From: an uncultured Syntrophaceae bacterium
GTDB lineage: Bacteria; Desulfobacterota; Syntrophia; Syntrophales; Fen-1087
Assembly: GCA_964460245.1 (NCBI GenBank)
Contig: CAYWTL010000001.1
Coordinates: 56-64,055, forward strand
Length of the DNA: 64,000 nt
Direction of reading: 5' to 3'
A model generated the notes under the pieces. It saw nothing but the letters and a program-made list of their open reading frames with translations. It was not told the origin of the DNA and ran no database searches. The translations under genes were made by a program, and so were the position numbers. This document shows positions 37,365-48,878 of this stretch, one piece after another (the first letter of the stretch is position 1; each line of letters starts with the position of its first letter).

Positions 37365-38131
37365 GCCAAGAGCTCCCGCAGCTTTTTCCCGGCATCCGGC
37401 GCCGCCATCAGGGCCTCGCCGATCAGGAAGGCGTGTACGCCCGCATCCATCAGCCTGCGGATGTCGTCTCTCGCAGCGATGCCGCTCTCGCTGACGACGA
37501 TGCGGTCCCCGGGGATCCGAGCGGCCATTTCCAGAGTTTTTCCCGTGTCGGTCCGGAACGTCCGGAGGTCCCGGTTGTTGATCCCGATGATTTCGGCGCC
37601 CGCATCGATGGCCTTGTCGAGGTCCTCCTGTTCGTGGACCTCCACGAGGGGCGTCATGCCGAGCGATTTCGAAAGCCCGAGATAATCCCGCAGCCGCTCC
37701 CGGTCCAGGATGCCGGCGATGAGGAGGAGCGAATCCGCTCCCGCGGCCCGGGCTTCGTAGATCTGGAAGGGGTCGATGATGAAGTCCTTTCTCAGGACGG
37801 GGATGCCGGCGGAGCGGCCGACGGCACGAAGGTCCTCGATGCTGCCGCCGAAGAACGGCCCGTCGGTGAGCACCGAAACGGCCGCGGCGCCGCGGCGCTC
37901 GTAGACGGCGGCCGTTCGAACGGGATCGATTCCTTCCCGGAGAACACCCCGCGAGGGGGACCGGCGTTTCACCTCCGCGATGATCGCACAGTCCCGGCCG
38001 GTCAGGGCAGCCCGGAAGTCGCGGGCGGGCGGAGCGGCCAGTGCGGCCTCTTCGATGCGGGTTCGGGGCGTGCCCCTTCGGGACCGCTCGACCTCCGCTT
38101 TCTTGTCGGCGATGATTCGATCCAGGATCAT
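37358..38131 (-). CDS. trpC: Indole-3-glycerol phosphate synthase
   Basis: The sequence is [13 protein letters not shown]...[11 protein letters not shown]...KDFIIDP.QI. The ATG at 38131 overlaps the trpD TGA (ATGA). Confidence 0.9.
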   Translation of the reverse strand: MILDRIIADKKAEVERSRRGTPRTRIEEAALAAPPARDFRAALTGRDCAIIAEVKRRSPSRGVLREGIDPVRTAAVYERRGAAAVSVLTDGPFFGGSIEDLRAVGRSAGIPVLRKDFIIDPFQIYEARAAGADSLLLIAGILDRERLRDYLGLSKSLGMTPLVEVHEQEDLDKAIDAGAEIIGINNRDLRTFRTDTGKTLEMAARIPGDRIVVSESGIAARDDIRRLMDAGVHAFLIGEALMAAPDAGKKLRELLAC

Positions 38132-39146
38132 GGCTTGGCCCAACTGTGGGTCATTTCGATCAGGGCCTGGAGTTTTTTGGCGGCGGCCCCGCTGTCGATG
38201 CACTCCTCCGCAAGGGAGACGCCTTCGCGAATCGCATCGGCCCGGCCCCCGGCCACGATGGCCAGGGCGGCGTTCAGGAGCACGATCTTCCTTGCGGGAC
38301 CGTCCCGGCCGGACAGGACGGCCCGCGTGATCTCGGCATTGACGGCGGCATCGCCGCCGGCGAGGGCCTCGCCGGGAAAGGTCTCGCCGAAGATCTCCAC
38401 CGGGTCGATATTGTAAGTGCGGACCAGCCCGTCGTTCAGCTCGGACACCCGCGTCTCCCCCGTAACGGTCGCCTCGTCCAGGCCGTCGGCGCCATGGACG
38501 ACGAAGGCCCGCTTCGCGCCCAGGTTCCGCAGGACGCCGGCGAACATCTCCGTCAGGCCGGGGTCATAGACCCCGATGAGCTGGGAAGTGGCGCCGGCCG
38601 GGTTCGTCAGGGGCCCCAGCATGTTGAAGACCGTCCGGATGCCGATCTCGCGGCGGGGGCCGATCGCGTGCTTCATGGCGCCGTGGAGCCGCGGCGCAAA
38701 GAGGAAGCCGATCCCCGCCTGCTGGATGCACTCTTCGACGATCTCCGGGCCGGCGTCGATATTGACGCCCAGGGCTTCGAGCACGTCGGCGCTGCCGCAT
38801 CCGCTCGACACGGCGCGGTTTCCGTGTTTGGCCACGGTCAGGCCGGCCGCGGCCACGACGAAGGCGGCCGTCGTGGAGATGTTGAAGGTGTTTCTCCCGT
38901 CCCCGCCGGTGCCGCAGGTGTCCACGATGACCGATGAACGGGCATCGATCCGGGTCGCCTTCCAGCGCATGATCCGGGCCGCCCCGGTGACCTCCTCCAC
39001 CGTCTCGCCCTTGATCCGCAGGGCCGTGATGAAGGCGGCGATCTGCGCGGGCGTGGCCTTTCCATCCATCACCTCTTCCATGACCTCCATCATCACGGTC
39101 TCAGGGAGGTTTTCCTGATTGACGACTTTTACGAGCGCTTCCCGTA

Positions 39147-39150
<4 letters not shown>
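38128..39150 (-). CDS. trpD: Anthranilate phosphoribosyltransferase
   Basis: The sequence is [19 protein letters not shown]...[16 protein letters not shown]. The ATG at 39150 overlaps the trpG stop (ATGA). Confidence 0.9.
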
Positions 39151-39730
<580 letters not shown>

Positions 39731-39734
<4 letters not shown>

Positions 39735-41236
39735 GTCTCCTTCTCCTTTGTATTGAGATTGAATCCGGCCTCCGCGAGCCGGATGGCCTGCATCATCGCC
39801 GCCGCCTTGTTCAGGCACTCCCGGTGCTCCGCCTCGGGGCTGGAATCGGCCACAATGCCCGCGCCCACCTGGAGCGAAGCCTTCCCGTCATGAACGAGGA
39901 TCGTGCGGATGGTGATGCAGAAATCCATATTGCCCGAAAAGCTGAAATAGCCGACGGCGCCCCCGTAAGGCCCGCGACGCGACGGTTCCAGTTCCTCGAT
40001 GATCTCCATGGCCCGGACCTTGGGGGCGCCCGTCAGGGTTCCGGCCGGGAAGGTCGCCCGCAGCACGTCGAAAGCGTCGTTCCCCTGCGCAAGCTGCGCC
40101 TGGATGTGGGAAACGAGATGCATGACGTGGGAATACCGCTCCACCGCCATGAGCTGGTTGACCTGGACGCTTCCGATGCGGGCGATCCGGCCGAGGTCGT
40201 TTCGCCCCAGATCGACCAGCATGACGTGCTCCGCCCGCTCCTTCGGATCCGCCAGCAGCTCGTCGGCCAGACGCCGGTCTTCCTGTTCGGTCGCGCCGCG
40301 CCTGCGCGTGCCCGCGATGGGCTTCAGTTCCACCACGCCCTCCTCCAGCCGGACCATGACTTCCGGCGACGAGCCGATGAGCGCCGTCCCGCCGGTCTTC
40401 AGAAAAAAGAGATAGGGCGAGGGGTTCGTGTAGCGGAGCGCCCGGTAGAGGTCGACGGGATCGATGCCGCACCGTCCGGTAAAGCGCTGGGAGAGGACGA
40501 CCTGGATGATGTCGCCGGCGGCAATGTACTCCCGCGCCCGGTCGACCATGAGCTTGAAGCCGTCCGGGGTCATGTCGGGCCGCAGCTCCGTTTTGGCTGC
40601 CGCTTCGACGGGATTTGCGAAGGGGCGTTCCGGGGCGCGGAGCAGGGCGACCGTGCTCTCGATCCGGCTGGCGGCGCTTTCGTACAATGCCCGAAGATCG
40701 TCGCCGTCGTTGACCGTGACGCAGGCCACGACCTTGATGGTGTGGCGGACGTTGTCGAAGACGACCAGCGTGCCGGTGACGAGGAACACCGCATCGGGAA
40801 CGCCGGCATCCGCGGGGTGGCGGCTGGGCAGCCTCTCGAAATGGCGGACCATGTCGTAGCCGAGGAAGCCGACGGCGCCGCCGAAGAAGCGCGGCAGCCC
40901 CGGCAGCGGCACCGGGCGATCGCCGTCCAGAATGTTTTTGAGATGCTGAAGCGGATTGCCTCCGTGTGGAAAGGCGCGCGCTTCTCCATCCTTCTCGAGG
41001 ATGACCTCGTCCCCCCGGACGGTGAAGATCAGTTGCGGATCGGCCCCGAGGAAGGTGTAGCGACCCCACTTTTCGCCCCCTTCCACGCTCTCCAGCAGAA
41101 AGACATGGGACCGGGCGCTCATTTTCATGAGGGCCGAAACGGGCGTTTCCGCGTCCGCAAGGATTTCCCGGTAGACGGGGATCAGGTTCCCCGCGCCGGA
41201 CATCCCGGCAAACGTTTCGAAATCCGGTTCGTACAT
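39731..41236 (-). CDS. trpE: Anthranilate synthase component I
   Basis: The sequence is [16 protein letters not shown]...[17 protein letters not shown]...RG.YGGAVGY. I chose the start at ATG 41236, downstream of the terminators. Confidence 0.9.
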
Positions 41237-41263
41237 GGCGATGTTCTCTCTTTTCTTCCCAAT

Positions 41264-41290
41264 AAAAAAAGCCGTGATTCGGGTCACGGC
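41264..41290 (-). terminator. Intrinsic terminator/attenuator hairpin 2 upstream of trpE
   Basis: The minus strand reads GCCGTGA-CCCGAA-TCACGGC followed by TTTTTTT. It lies 28 nt upstream of the trpE ATG. Confidence 0.7.
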
Positions 41291-41315
41291 CTTTCCGGGG
41301 TGAATGATTACCAGC

Positions 41316-41351
41316 AAAAAAGCCGTGGAGATCGAGTGGTCTCTCCACGGC
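41316..41351 (-). terminator. Intrinsic terminator-like hairpin 1 of the trp leader
   Basis: The minus strand reads GCCGTGGAGA-GACCACTCGA-TCTCCACGGC followed by TTTTTTG. Its 3' arm (CACGGC) can also pair with the 5' arm (GCCGTG) of hairpin 2. Confidence 0.65.
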
Positions 41352-41379
41352 TTTCGGTTTTCTTATCGATGGCTAAACG

Positions 41380-41451
41380 TCAGCGGCGGATAAACCCCTC
41401 CTGTGCGTTGTGCCACCACCAGTTCATTGTCATTGCAGCGTTCCGGTTCAT
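41380..41451 (-). CDS. trp leader peptide with three consecutive Trp codons
   Basis: The minus-strand ORF ATG AAC CGG AAC GCT GCA ATG ACA ATG AAC TGG TGG TGG CAC AAC GCA CAG GAG GGG TTT ATC CGC CGC TGA encodes MNRNAAMTMNWWWHNAQEGFIRR. Internal ATGs lie at 41433 and 41427. The TGG TGG TGG run is at 41413-41421. It sits between tyrA and the two terminators. No strong SD is present. Confidence 0.65.
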   Translation of the reverse strand: MNRNAAMTMNWWWHNAQEGFIRR

Positions 41452-41530
41452 CTTCGTCTCTGACATTCCTTCGGCACGAGGCTTTTGCGGCCTCAATTGC
41501 CGTTTCGCATAACAGGCTTTTGCGGGCATG

Positions 41531-42361
41531 TCAATCGTTTATTTCGATGAGCTTTTTTCCCCGCGGCGGTTTTTTGTTATCCGGCCGCGGCCGTTCACGG
41601 GATGCGCAATCCACGATCCGCTTTCGAAGGGCCTCCGCATCGCCCCGGCCGACCAGTTCCTTCAGGTCCCGCAAGTTTTTCTCGAAGCGCCGGATCACCT
41701 CCGGGATGTCCGGGTTGCCCATGATGATGCCCGCGTAGAGCCCGGGGCTGCCGCCGAAGACCTTTTCGATCATCTTCAGCCGGGCCCGGAATGTCGGGGT
41801 GGAGAACTTTTCCAGCTCCTTCGGATCCATCCCGGTCTCGTGGAGCGTCAGTCCCATGACGACCGTGTCGAGATGGGTCAGTCCCTGGACGATGGCCATC
41901 ATCCGGTCGTGGCGCTCCGGCGTCGTCTCGATGACACGGGCCGAATGTTCCCGAAACAGCCCCGCGAGCCAATCCAGCCATTTCCGGCCCCGGCCCGGGC
42001 ACAGCACGATGTTCTGTCCGGCGATGGACAGCACATCCGGCCCGAAGAGCGGGTGGCAGCCAACGACCTCCGCCGTCGAAGCCTCCAGCATGGCCCGGAC
42101 CGGTTCCCTTTTCAGGGACGTCAGGTCCATGAGCAGGCCGTCGCCCCGGACATGGGGCCCCGCCTGCCGGATCACGTCCGGAGTGGCTGCGATCGGGACG
42201 CTCACGATCAGGATGTCGCTCTCCCGGGCCATGGCGGGCAGGTCCGGCGCCGACGCCCTTCCCGCCGTCCGGACCGGGAATCCCGCGACCCGGAAAAAAT
42301 CCGCGAACCAGCGGCCGATGCCGCCCGTGCCGCCCACGATGCCGATGCGAATCTTGCTCAT
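41531..42361 (-). CDS. tyrA: Prephenate dehydrogenase
   Basis: The sequence is [13 protein letters not shown]......G.......VGCHPLFGP...TPE.HD..MA.VQ.LTH. The ATG overlaps the aroC stop (ATGA). Confidence 0.8.
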   Translation of the reverse strand: MSKIRIGIVGGTGGIGRWFADFFRVAGFPVRTAGRASAPDLPAMARESDILIVSVPIAATPDVIRQAGPHVRGDGLLMDLTSLKREPVRAMLEASTAEVVGCHPLFGPDVLSIAGQNIVLCPGRGRKWLDWLAGLFREHSARVIETTPERHDRMMAIVQGLTHLDTVVMGLTLHETGMDPKELEKFSTPTFRARLKMIEKVFGGSPGLYAGIIMGNPDIPEVIRRFEKNLRDLKELVGRGDAEALRKRIVDCASRERPRPDNKKPPRGKKLIEIND

Positions 42362-43413
42362 GCGCCGATGGCCCTCTGTCTCAGCAGGTGGTCGGCCAGC
42401 ACGATGCCGACCATGGCCTCGCAGACCGGGAGAATGCGGGGGATGACGGACACGTCGTGCCGCCCCCGAATCGAGAGCGTGACCGGGGTTCCGGTTTCAT
42501 CGATCGTCTCCTGAGGTCTGGAAATGGACGGTATGGGTTTGCAGGCCACGCGCAGGACGATGTCGCTGCCGTTGGTGATCCCCGCCAGGATGCCGCCGGC
42601 ATGGTTCGTCCGGAAGCCGTCCGGCCCCAGGGCATCGTTGCACGCCGAGCCCGTCATCCGCGCCGCCGCGAAGCCCGCGCCCACCTCCACGCCCTTGACC
42701 GTTCCGATGCTCATCAGCACCTTGGCCAGGTCGGCGTCGATCTTGTCGAAGACCGGCGCACCCAAGCCGGCGGGGCACCCGCTGACGACGACCTCGACCA
42801 CGCCGCCCAGGGAATCGCCGCGTTTCCTCGCCCGCTCGATCCTCCGTTCCATCTTCCCGGCGGCCTCGGCATCCGGGCAGCGCAGCGGATTGCTCTCCAT
42901 CTCCGCCGGCGAAAACTTCCGGGCGGCAATGCCCCCCAGCTCCTTCGTGTAGGCGACCATCCGGATGTTCTCCCGCCCCAGGATTTTTTTCGCGATGGCG
43001 CCCGCGGCCACGCGGCCCGCCGTTTCCCGGCCGGAGGCCCGTCCGCCGCCCCGGTGATCGCGAATGCCGTATTTGCGCTGATAGGTGAAGTCCCCGTGCC
43101 CCGGCCGGAAGACCGAACGAAGATCCTCGTAATCGTCGCCGCGGACGTCCCGGTTCCGGATGATGAGGGAGATGGGGGTCCCCGTGGTTTTCCCCTCGAA
43201 TACGCCGGACAGGATCTCCACCCGGTCCGCCTCCCGGCGGGCGGTCGACGTGGAAACCGCCTGCGGCCTCCGCCGGTCCAGCTCCCGCTGAATATCCGTC
43301 TCGCTCAGGGGGATGCGCGGGGGGCACCCGCCCACCACCGCGCCGATGGCCGGTCCGTGGGATTCCCCCCACGTGGTGACCCGAAAGAGTGTTCCGATGG
43401 AATTGCCTGACAT
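42358..43413 (-). CDS. aroC: Chorismate synthase
   Basis: The sequence is [35 protein letters not shown] lies 7 nt upstream of the ATG at 43413. An alternative GTG at 43431 overlaps the aroK stop. Confidence 0.9.
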   Translation of the reverse strand: MSGNSIGTLFRVTTWGESHGPAIGAVVGGCPPRIPLSETDIQRELDRRRPQAVSTSTARREADRVEILSGVFEGKTTGTPISLIIRNRDVRGDDYEDLRSVFRPGHGDFTYQRKYGIRDHRGGGRASGRETAGRVAAGAIAKKILGRENIRMVAYTKELGGIAARKFSPAEMESNPLRCPDAEAAGKMERRIERARKRGDSLGGVVEVVVSGCPAGLGAPVFDKIDADLAKVLMSIGTVKGVEVGAGFAAARMTGSACNDALGPDGFRTNHAGGILAGITNGSDIVLRVACKPIPSISRPQETIDETGTPVTLSIRGRHDVSVIPRILPVCEAMVGIVLADHLLRQRAIGA

Positions 43414-43427
43414 GGCCGCTTCCTTTC

Positions 43428-43952
43428 TCACCGCATGGTGTGCTTCATCGCTGCGCGGATCTGCGCGGCGATCTCTTCGACCGTCCGCTCCCCGGTCTCA
43501 ATGGCCAGGTCGGCCAGCGATCGGTAGAGGGGGGTCCTTTCCCGCAGCATCCGCTCCGTCTCCGCGGCCGTCCCGCCGTTCGAAAGCGCGGGGCGCTGGC
43601 CGTCACCGCCGCAGCCGGCCTCCAGCCTTCGGATAATGGCATCCGGCTCGGCCGAAAGCCAGACGAAGAATCCGTTCTTCTTCAAGATGGCCGCGTTTTC
43701 CCGATCCACAACCGTCCCCCCGCCGATGGCGATGACGCCCCCGTCGATACCGGCCAGTTCCCGGACCGTCTCCCTCTCCGCGGCGCGGAAGGCCGGCCAG
43801 CCGCCGGCGCCGACGATCTCGGCCACCGTCCGGCCGGTCCGCCGCAGGATCATTTCATCGGTGTCGTAAAAGGGGACCCGCAGCATGCGGGCCAGCATCC
43901 TTCCGACGGACGATTTGCCCGTGCAGCGGTACCCCATCAGGACGATGTTCAT
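43428..43952 (-). CDS. aroK: Shikimate kinase
   Basis: The sequence is [20 protein letters not shown]...F.DTD. The ATG at 43952 overlaps the aroA TGA (ATGA). An alternative ATG lies at 43961. Confidence 0.85.
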   Translation of the reverse strand: MNIVLMGYRCTGKSSVGRMLARMLRVPFYDTDEMILRRTGRTVAEIVGAGGWPAFRAAERETVRELAGIDGGVIAIGGGTVVDRENAAILKKNGFFVWLSAEPDAIIRRLEAGCGGDGQRPALSNGGTAAETERMLRERTPLYRSLADLAIETGERTVEEIAAQIRAAMKHTMR

Positions 43953-45217
43953 CTCCGCCACTTTTCCAGTTCGTTCCAGAAGCCGGGAAAGGACTTGCCG
44001 ACGCAGGCCCGGTCCGCGATGCGGATTCCCGGAACGGCAAGTCCCAGCACGGCGAAGCTCATGGCGATCCGGTGGTCGCCGTACGTCTCCACCTCCGCGC
44101 CGTGCAGGCGGGCGCCGCCCTCGACCACGATGCCGTCCTTCCGCTCCTCCGCGCGGGCGCCGACCCGCCGAAGCTCGCTGACCAGGGCGGCCAGACGGTC
44201 GCTTTCCTTCACCCGCAGGTGCGCGACGTTCCGGATCACGGTTCGGCCGCGGCGGACCGCGGAAAGCGCCGCCAGCGTCGGCACCATGTCGGGCATATCG
44301 CCGAGATCGAACGCGAACGGGCCTTCCCGAAGATCCCGCCCGGTCACCCGGATCCCGCGGTCCGATGACTCGACCTTCGCCCCGAGCCTCTCCAGGACGG
44401 CCAGCAGGCCGGCATCTCCCTGCAGCGTCCGGGCATCCACGTTCTCGACCCGCACCGTTTCCCGGCAGAGGGCGGCCGCCAGGAAGAAGTAGGAGGCGGA
44501 GGAAAAGTCCCCCTCGATCGAGCAGGTGATTCCCCGGTATGCCTGCCTTCCCCGGACGCGGTACCAGCCGGGCCCCTCGGCAGCGGCCTCGACGCCGAAG
44601 TCCCTCATGGCGGCGATCGTCATGTCCACGTAGGGCTGCGAGGGAACGCGCCCCCGCACCTCGATCGCGCAGTCCCGCTTTGCGAGCGCGCCGCAGATCA
44701 GCAGCGAGGAGATGTACTGGCTGCTGTCGATGTTCGCAAGGACGGCCCGGCCCCCGGGAATGCCGCGGGCGCGGATGATCACGGGAGGATAGCCCGTCCC
44801 GTCCCGGGTGCCGGCATCGACCCCGAAGGATCGCAGGGCCTCCGTCAAGGGTCCGATCGGCCGCTCGCAGAGCCGCCGGTCACCGGTCAGCACGAAGTCT
44901 CCCCGGCCCAGGGAAACGATGCCGGCCAGGAGCCGAATGGCCGTGCCGTTGTTTCCCAGACGGATCTCCCGGTCCGGGTTGGCGATGTCCCCGGCCGTAC
45001 CCCGCACAATCAGGTCTTCCCCCCGAAACTCGATCCCGGCGCCGAGCAGCCCGAGACCGCCCATGAGATGTTCCGTGTCTTCCGACCGCAGGGCGTTTTT
45101 CAGCGTGGACTCCCCCTGCGCGAGGGCCGCCAGGACGAGGGCCCGCTGGGTGTAGCTCTTCGAGCCGGGAACCCGAACCGGCCGGTCGAATTTCCCGATG
45201 GTCCCGATCTCCGTCAC
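43949..45217 (-). CDS. aroA: 3-phosphoshikimate 1-carboxyvinyltransferase (EPSP synthase)
   Basis: The sequence is VRVPGSKSYTQRALVLAALA.GEST..N.L.SEDT. The GTG start at 45217 overlaps the aroE TGA (GTGA). The 652-aa extended ORF runs through aroE and was rejected. Confidence 0.85.
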   Translation of the reverse strand: MTEIGTIGKFDRPVRVPGSKSYTQRALVLAALAQGESTLKNALRSEDTEHLMGGLGLLGAGIEFRGEDLIVRGTAGDIANPDREIRLGNNGTAIRLLAGIVSLGRGDFVLTGDRRLCERPIGPLTEALRSFGVDAGTRDGTGYPPVIIRARGIPGGRAVLANIDSSQYISSLLICGALAKRDCAIEVRGRVPSQPYVDMTIAAMRDFGVEAAAEGPGWYRVRGRQAYRGITCSIEGDFSSASYFFLAAALCRETVRVENVDARTLQGDAGLLAVLERLGAKVESSDRGIRVTGRDLREGPFAFDLGDMPDMVPTLAALSAVRRGRTVIRNVAHLRVKESDRLAALVSELRRVGARAEERKDGIVVEGGARLHGAEVETYGDHRIAMSFAVLGLAVPGIRIADRACVGKSFPGFWNELEKWRR

Positions 45218-46014
45218 CGCTCCTCCAGCCTCTCCATGACCTCCGCCCGCATCCGCGCCAGGGGCGGCTCCATTCCCGTCCAGAGCCGGATCTGCTCGGC
45301 CCCCTGACGGACGAACATCCCCACCCCGGAAAGGACGGCGCATCCGGCCTCCCGCGCCTCCCGCAGCAGCCTCGTTTCCGGCGGGTTGTAGATGACGTCG
45401 ACAACCAGCCCGAACCGGTTCAGGATGTCCGGGCCGACCGGCGACGCGTCCGTTTCGGGAAACATTCCGACGGGCGTCGTGTTGATCAGGCACTCTGCCC
45501 GGACGTCCCCGATTTCGCCCGGCGGCAGAAAGCGGCAGTGGAACTCGGCGGCCAGCGCCTCCGCTTTCGCGACGGACCGGCCGGCCACCCAAGGAATCCC
45601 GCCTTCCTTCCGAATCCCGAATACCGCCGCCCTCGCCGTCCCTCCGGTTCCGAGGATGATGAAATTCCTCCCGTCGATTTCGGTGCATTCCCGAAGGCTC
45701 TCGACCAGACCGAGCCAGTCCGTGTTGTGCCCCAGAAGCCTGCCGTCGCGGTTCGTGACCGTGTTGACCGCGCCGATGATCCGGGCGCTGCCGTCCATCC
45801 CGTCCAGGTGGCGCAGGATATCGCTCTTGAAGGGAAGGGTCACGCTCGCCCCTCGAATGTCCATCTCCCGGATTCCGGCAACCGCCTCCGCCGCACCGTT
45901 CACGCAAAATGAAAGGTACCGCGCCTCGATTCCCATCTGTTCGTATGCGGCATTGTGCATCAGCGGCGAAAGGCTTTGGCCGACGGGGTTTCCGAACAGG
46001 GCGTACGTCTCCAT
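45214..46014 (-). CDS. aroE: Shikimate dehydrogenase
   Basis: The sequence is YALFGNPVGQSLSPLMHNAA....G....Y........NVT.PFK...GHNTDW.G. Confidence 0.85.
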   Translation of the reverse strand: METYALFGNPVGQSLSPLMHNAAYEQMGIEARYLSFCVNGAAEAVAGIREMDIRGASVTLPFKSDILRHLDGMDGSARIIGAVNTVTNRDGRLLGHNTDWLGLVESLRECTEIDGRNFIILGTGGTARAAVFGIRKEGGIPWVAGRSVAKAEALAAEFHCRFLPPGEIGDVRAECLINTTPVGMFPETDASPVGPDILNRFGLVVDVIYNPPETRLLREAREAGCAVLSGVGMFVRQGAEQIRLWTGMEPPLARMRAEVMERLEER

Positions 46015-46015
46015 G

Positions 46016-46708
46016 CTATCTCCCCGCCTCGTGCCGCAACATTTTCAAAAGGGCTCGCATCTCCCGGACCGTCCACTGTCCGGGGGCCGACGCTTCGCCG
46101 TCGTCCAGGGCGGCGTAGCTGATCCGGGACCCGAAAAGCGGCGCGAGCGCCCTGCTGGGGCGGCCCTGCTCGCCCATACAGAAGGCGATGACCGCCTGTC
46201 CCTTTCTGCGGGCGCCGGCCAGAAGTTGCAGCACTCGAAGGTTGTCTTCCGGAGCCATCGCCAGGGTGACGATCTTGGCAATGTCCGCGCCGCTTTCGAA
46301 ACAGTCCTCCAGCCATCCTTCGAGCGTTCGTTCCGAAGGCGTTTCCCGAAAATCGTGGCGGGAAACGATCAGCCGCACGCGGCCCCGGCGGGTCCGGGCA
46401 GCCCGGAGCAGTTCGTCCTTGAGGTCGGCCTCCGTGCTCGACTCGACATCCACGTAGTCTGCGTCGAGCAGTGCCGCCTGCGTGAGCAGACCCACCCGCG
46501 CCCTTTCGCTCCCCCTGAAGCGCCCCCCCTCGTCCCGGCGGCGGCTGGTCACGATGATCTTGCCGCGGCGCGCCCCGATCAGCCTCCCCAGGTTCGGGTC
46601 CCGCATGCCGTCGATGCGCAGCTCCACGAGATCGGCCAGCGCAAAGGCCCGCCCCATTTTGGCCAGCATGGCCTCCTCGCTTTCCGCCATCACCGGGATG
46701 CAGATCAT
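46016..46708 (-). CDS. aroD: 3-dehydroquinate dehydratase, type I
   Basis: The sequence is MICIPVM......DLVELR.D...ADIAKIV..A......CMGE.G..SR. The ATG at 46708 overlaps the pheA stop (ATGA). Confidence 0.8.
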   Translation of the reverse strand: MICIPVMAESEEAMLAKMGRAFALADLVELRIDGMRDPNLGRLIGARRGKIIVTSRRRDEGGRFRGSERARVGLLTQAALLDADYVDVESSTEADLKDELLRAARTRRGRVRLIVSRHDFRETPSERTLEGWLEDCFESGADIAKIVTLAMAPEDNLRVLQLLAGARRKGQAVIAFCMGEQGRPSRALAPLFGSRISYAALDDGEASAPGQWTVREMRALLKMLRHEAGR

Positions 46709-47787
46709 GGTCGTTCCTCTCCGCGAGGGTAGGACCCCAGGACCTTGACAAAGGCCGCCTTCTTTTCGAGCTGCCGCAGGCAGGAGCCGATTCGCTTCTC
46801 GGCGCTGTGGCCGGCGAGGTCCATGAAGAACAGGTACTCCCACATGCGGTCCCGCACGGGATAGGATTCGATCCGGGTCAGGTTGACGCGGGCGCTTGCG
46901 AACGGCCCCAGGGCCAGGTGCAGCGCGCCCGGCGCATGCGCCGTTCCGAACAGGACGGAGGTCTTGTCCCGCCCCGTCGGTTCCGGCTTCCCCCTCCCGA
47001 TGACGACAAACCGGGTCGTGTTCAGGGGATGGTCTTCGATCCCGTCGGCAAGGATGCGCAGACCGTAGCGGGACGCGGCGGCCCGGCTCCCCACGGCCGC
47101 CCCCTCCGGGTCTTCCAGCGCCTTTCCGGCAGCCGCGGCGGTGCTGTTCACTTCGATCAGCCGGCACTGCGGCAGGTTGGCCCGCAGCCATTGCCGGCTC
47201 TGGGCGATCGCCTGCGGGTGTGAGTAGACCCTCCTGGGCGATTTCCGCCGGCCGCGCGGGGTCAGCAGGGCATGGCGGATATGGACGAAAATTTCCGCCT
47301 GGAGCGCCAGCGGCGTCGCGACCAGCCGATCCAGCGTCGCCTTGACGGAGCCCTCCGTGGAATTCTCGATGGGCACGATCCCCAAGCGGCCGGAGTCCCG
47401 CTCCGCCGCGTCGAAGACCTCCGCGATGGTGGCGGCGGGAGACAGCTCTGCGCCCTTCCCGAAATGGGTTAGTGCCGCCGCATGGCTGAAGGAAGCCTCC
47501 GGGCCGAGGTAAGAAACGACCGGCGCGGCCTGGAGCGCCCGGGACGCCGAAAGGATCTCCCGGAAAATATCCGCCAGCGCCGCCGCGGGAAGCGGCCCTT
47601 CGTTGATCTCCTCGAGACGGCGGTAAACGAGGCTTTCCCGGGCGGAATCGTACACCGGCCGGCCCGCCGCCTGCTTGACCCGGCCGATCGCAAGGGAAAG
47701 CGCAGATCGCTCGTTGAGCAGCCGGACGATCCTTTCGTCCTTCGCGCTGATTTTTTCTCTCAGCCTCCGCATCCGGTCTTCGTTCAT
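46705..47787 (-). CDS. pheA: Bifunctional chorismate mutase / prephenate dehydratase (P-protein)
   Basis: The N-terminal chorismate mutase helix motif LR..I...D..I..LL.ER is present. The dehydratase part is VSYLGPE.SFSH.AA, and an ACT-like C-terminus (ESYP) follows. The ATG overlaps the aroB stop. Confidence 0.9.
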   Translation of the reverse strand: MNEDRMRRLREKISAKDERIVRLLNERSALSLAIGRVKQAAGRPVYDSARESLVYRRLEEINEGPLPAAALADIFREILSASRALQAAPVVSYLGPEASFSHAAALTHFGKGAELSPAATIAEVFDAAERDSGRLGIVPIENSTEGSVKATLDRLVATPLALQAEIFVHIRHALLTPRGRRKSPRRVYSHPQAIAQSRQWLRANLPQCRLIEVNSTAAAAGKALEDPEGAAVGSRAAASRYGLRILADGIEDHPLNTTRFVVIGRGKPEPTGRDKTSVLFGTAHAPGALHLALGPFASARVNLTRIESYPVRDRMWEYLFFMDLAGHSAEKRIGSCLRQLEKKAAFVKVLGSYPRGEERP

Positions 47788-48878
47788 CCCCTCATCCCCT
47801 CGATCGTTTCCCGGATCAGCGGTTCGGGCACGCCCCCGTTCATGAAGGGCATCCCCGCCCGTTTGAGCAGAACGAAGTGAACCGCCGCGCCCTGCTTCTT
47901 CTTGTCCTTTTTCAGCCGGGTCAGGATCGCTCCCCCGTCCAGGCCTTGCGGGACACGGTCGGCAAGACCGAGTTTCCGAATGAGCGACAGGATCCGTTCA
48001 CCCTCTTCCTCCGGGAGATACTTCATCCGCACCGAAATGCGAACCGCGGCCGCCATGCCGATGGCGACGGCGTCCCCGTGCGACAGGCGGAACCCCGACT
48101 CGGCTTCAACGGCATGGCCGATGGTGTGGCCGAAGTTGAGAATCCGGCGGAGCCCCGTGTCCCTCTCATCCAGTTCGACGATCCCCTTCTTGATGCGGCA
48201 GCATTGCAGGACCAAGCCCTCCAGAAAGTCCGCATCGCGCCGCAGCAGCGCCTCCGCCTTCCCGTCGAGGAGGTCCAGAATCTCCGGAGATTCGATGACC
48301 CCGTACTTCACGATCTCGGCCAGGCCGTTTCGAATCTCCGCTTCCGGCAGCGTTTTGAGGAAGGAGACGTCCGAAAACACCGCCTTCGGCTGATGAAACG
48401 TTCCAATGTAGTTCTTTCCCGCCTCCGTGTCGACGCCGGTTTTGCCCCCGATGCTGCTGTCGACCTGGGCGAGCAGCGTCGTGGGAATCTGGATGCAGGG
48501 AATCCCCCGCATGAAGATCGAGGCGGCGAAGCCGGCGACGTCGCCCGTAACGCCCCCGCCCAGGGCGATCACGGCGGATGTCCGGTCCGCTCCCAGCCCG
48601 GCCATCTTTTCCAGGATTTCGAGGCAGGTCTGCACGTTCTTCGACGCCTCGCCTCCCGGAAATACGATCAGATCGGCCTTCAGATCCATCTGCCGGAGGA
48701 GTTTGAGGACCTCGCCCCCGTAGAGCGACGCCACGCGGGAGTCGGAGACGATCACGTACCGCGCTGCCCAGTTGTTCTTCGCCAAGAGCAGCCCGGCGCG
48801 GTCCAGAATGTCGCGGCCGACATGAATGTCATAGCTTCTCACCGTTTTCCGGTCCAGGTTCAGTCTGATTTTGTTCAT
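47784..48878 (-). CDS. aroB: 3-dehydroquinate synthase
   Basis: The sequence is GGE..K.......ALGGGV.GD..GF.A....RGI...[18 protein letters not shown]. The ATG at 48878 overlaps the DAHP synthase TGA (ATGA). Confidence 0.9.
   Translation of the reverse strand: MNKIRLNLDRKTVRSYDIHVGRDILDRAGLLLAKNNWAARYVIVSDSRVASLYGGEVLKLLRQMDLKADLIVFPGGEASKNVQTCLEILEKMAGLGADRTSAVIALGGGVTGDVAGFAASIFMRGIPCIQIPTTLLAQVDSSIGGKTGVDTEAGKNYIGTFHQPKAVFSDVSFLKTLPEAEIRNGLAEIVKYGVIESPEILDLLDGKAEALLRRDADFLEGLVLQCCRIKKGIVELDERDTGLRRILNFGHTIGHAVEAESGFRLSHGDAVAIGMAAAVRISVRMKYLPEEEGERILSLIRKLGLADRVPQGLDGGAILTRLKKDKKKQGAAVHFVLLKRAGMPFMNGGVPEPLIRETIEGMRG

Noticed and set aside
39824-41512. 562-aa plus-strand ORF and 486-aa minus-strand alternative-frame ORF over trpE.
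   Set aside because: The reasoning is the same. trpE motifs and operon coupling identify the real frame.
43949-45907. 652-aa extended form of aroA. The 391-aa aroD, 471-aa aroB, 396-aa trpD and 528-aa trpE extended ORFs are similar cases.
   Set aside because: The N-terminal extensions run through the upstream genes in another frame. Internal starts that overlap the upstream stop (ATGA or GTGA) give proteins of canonical length.
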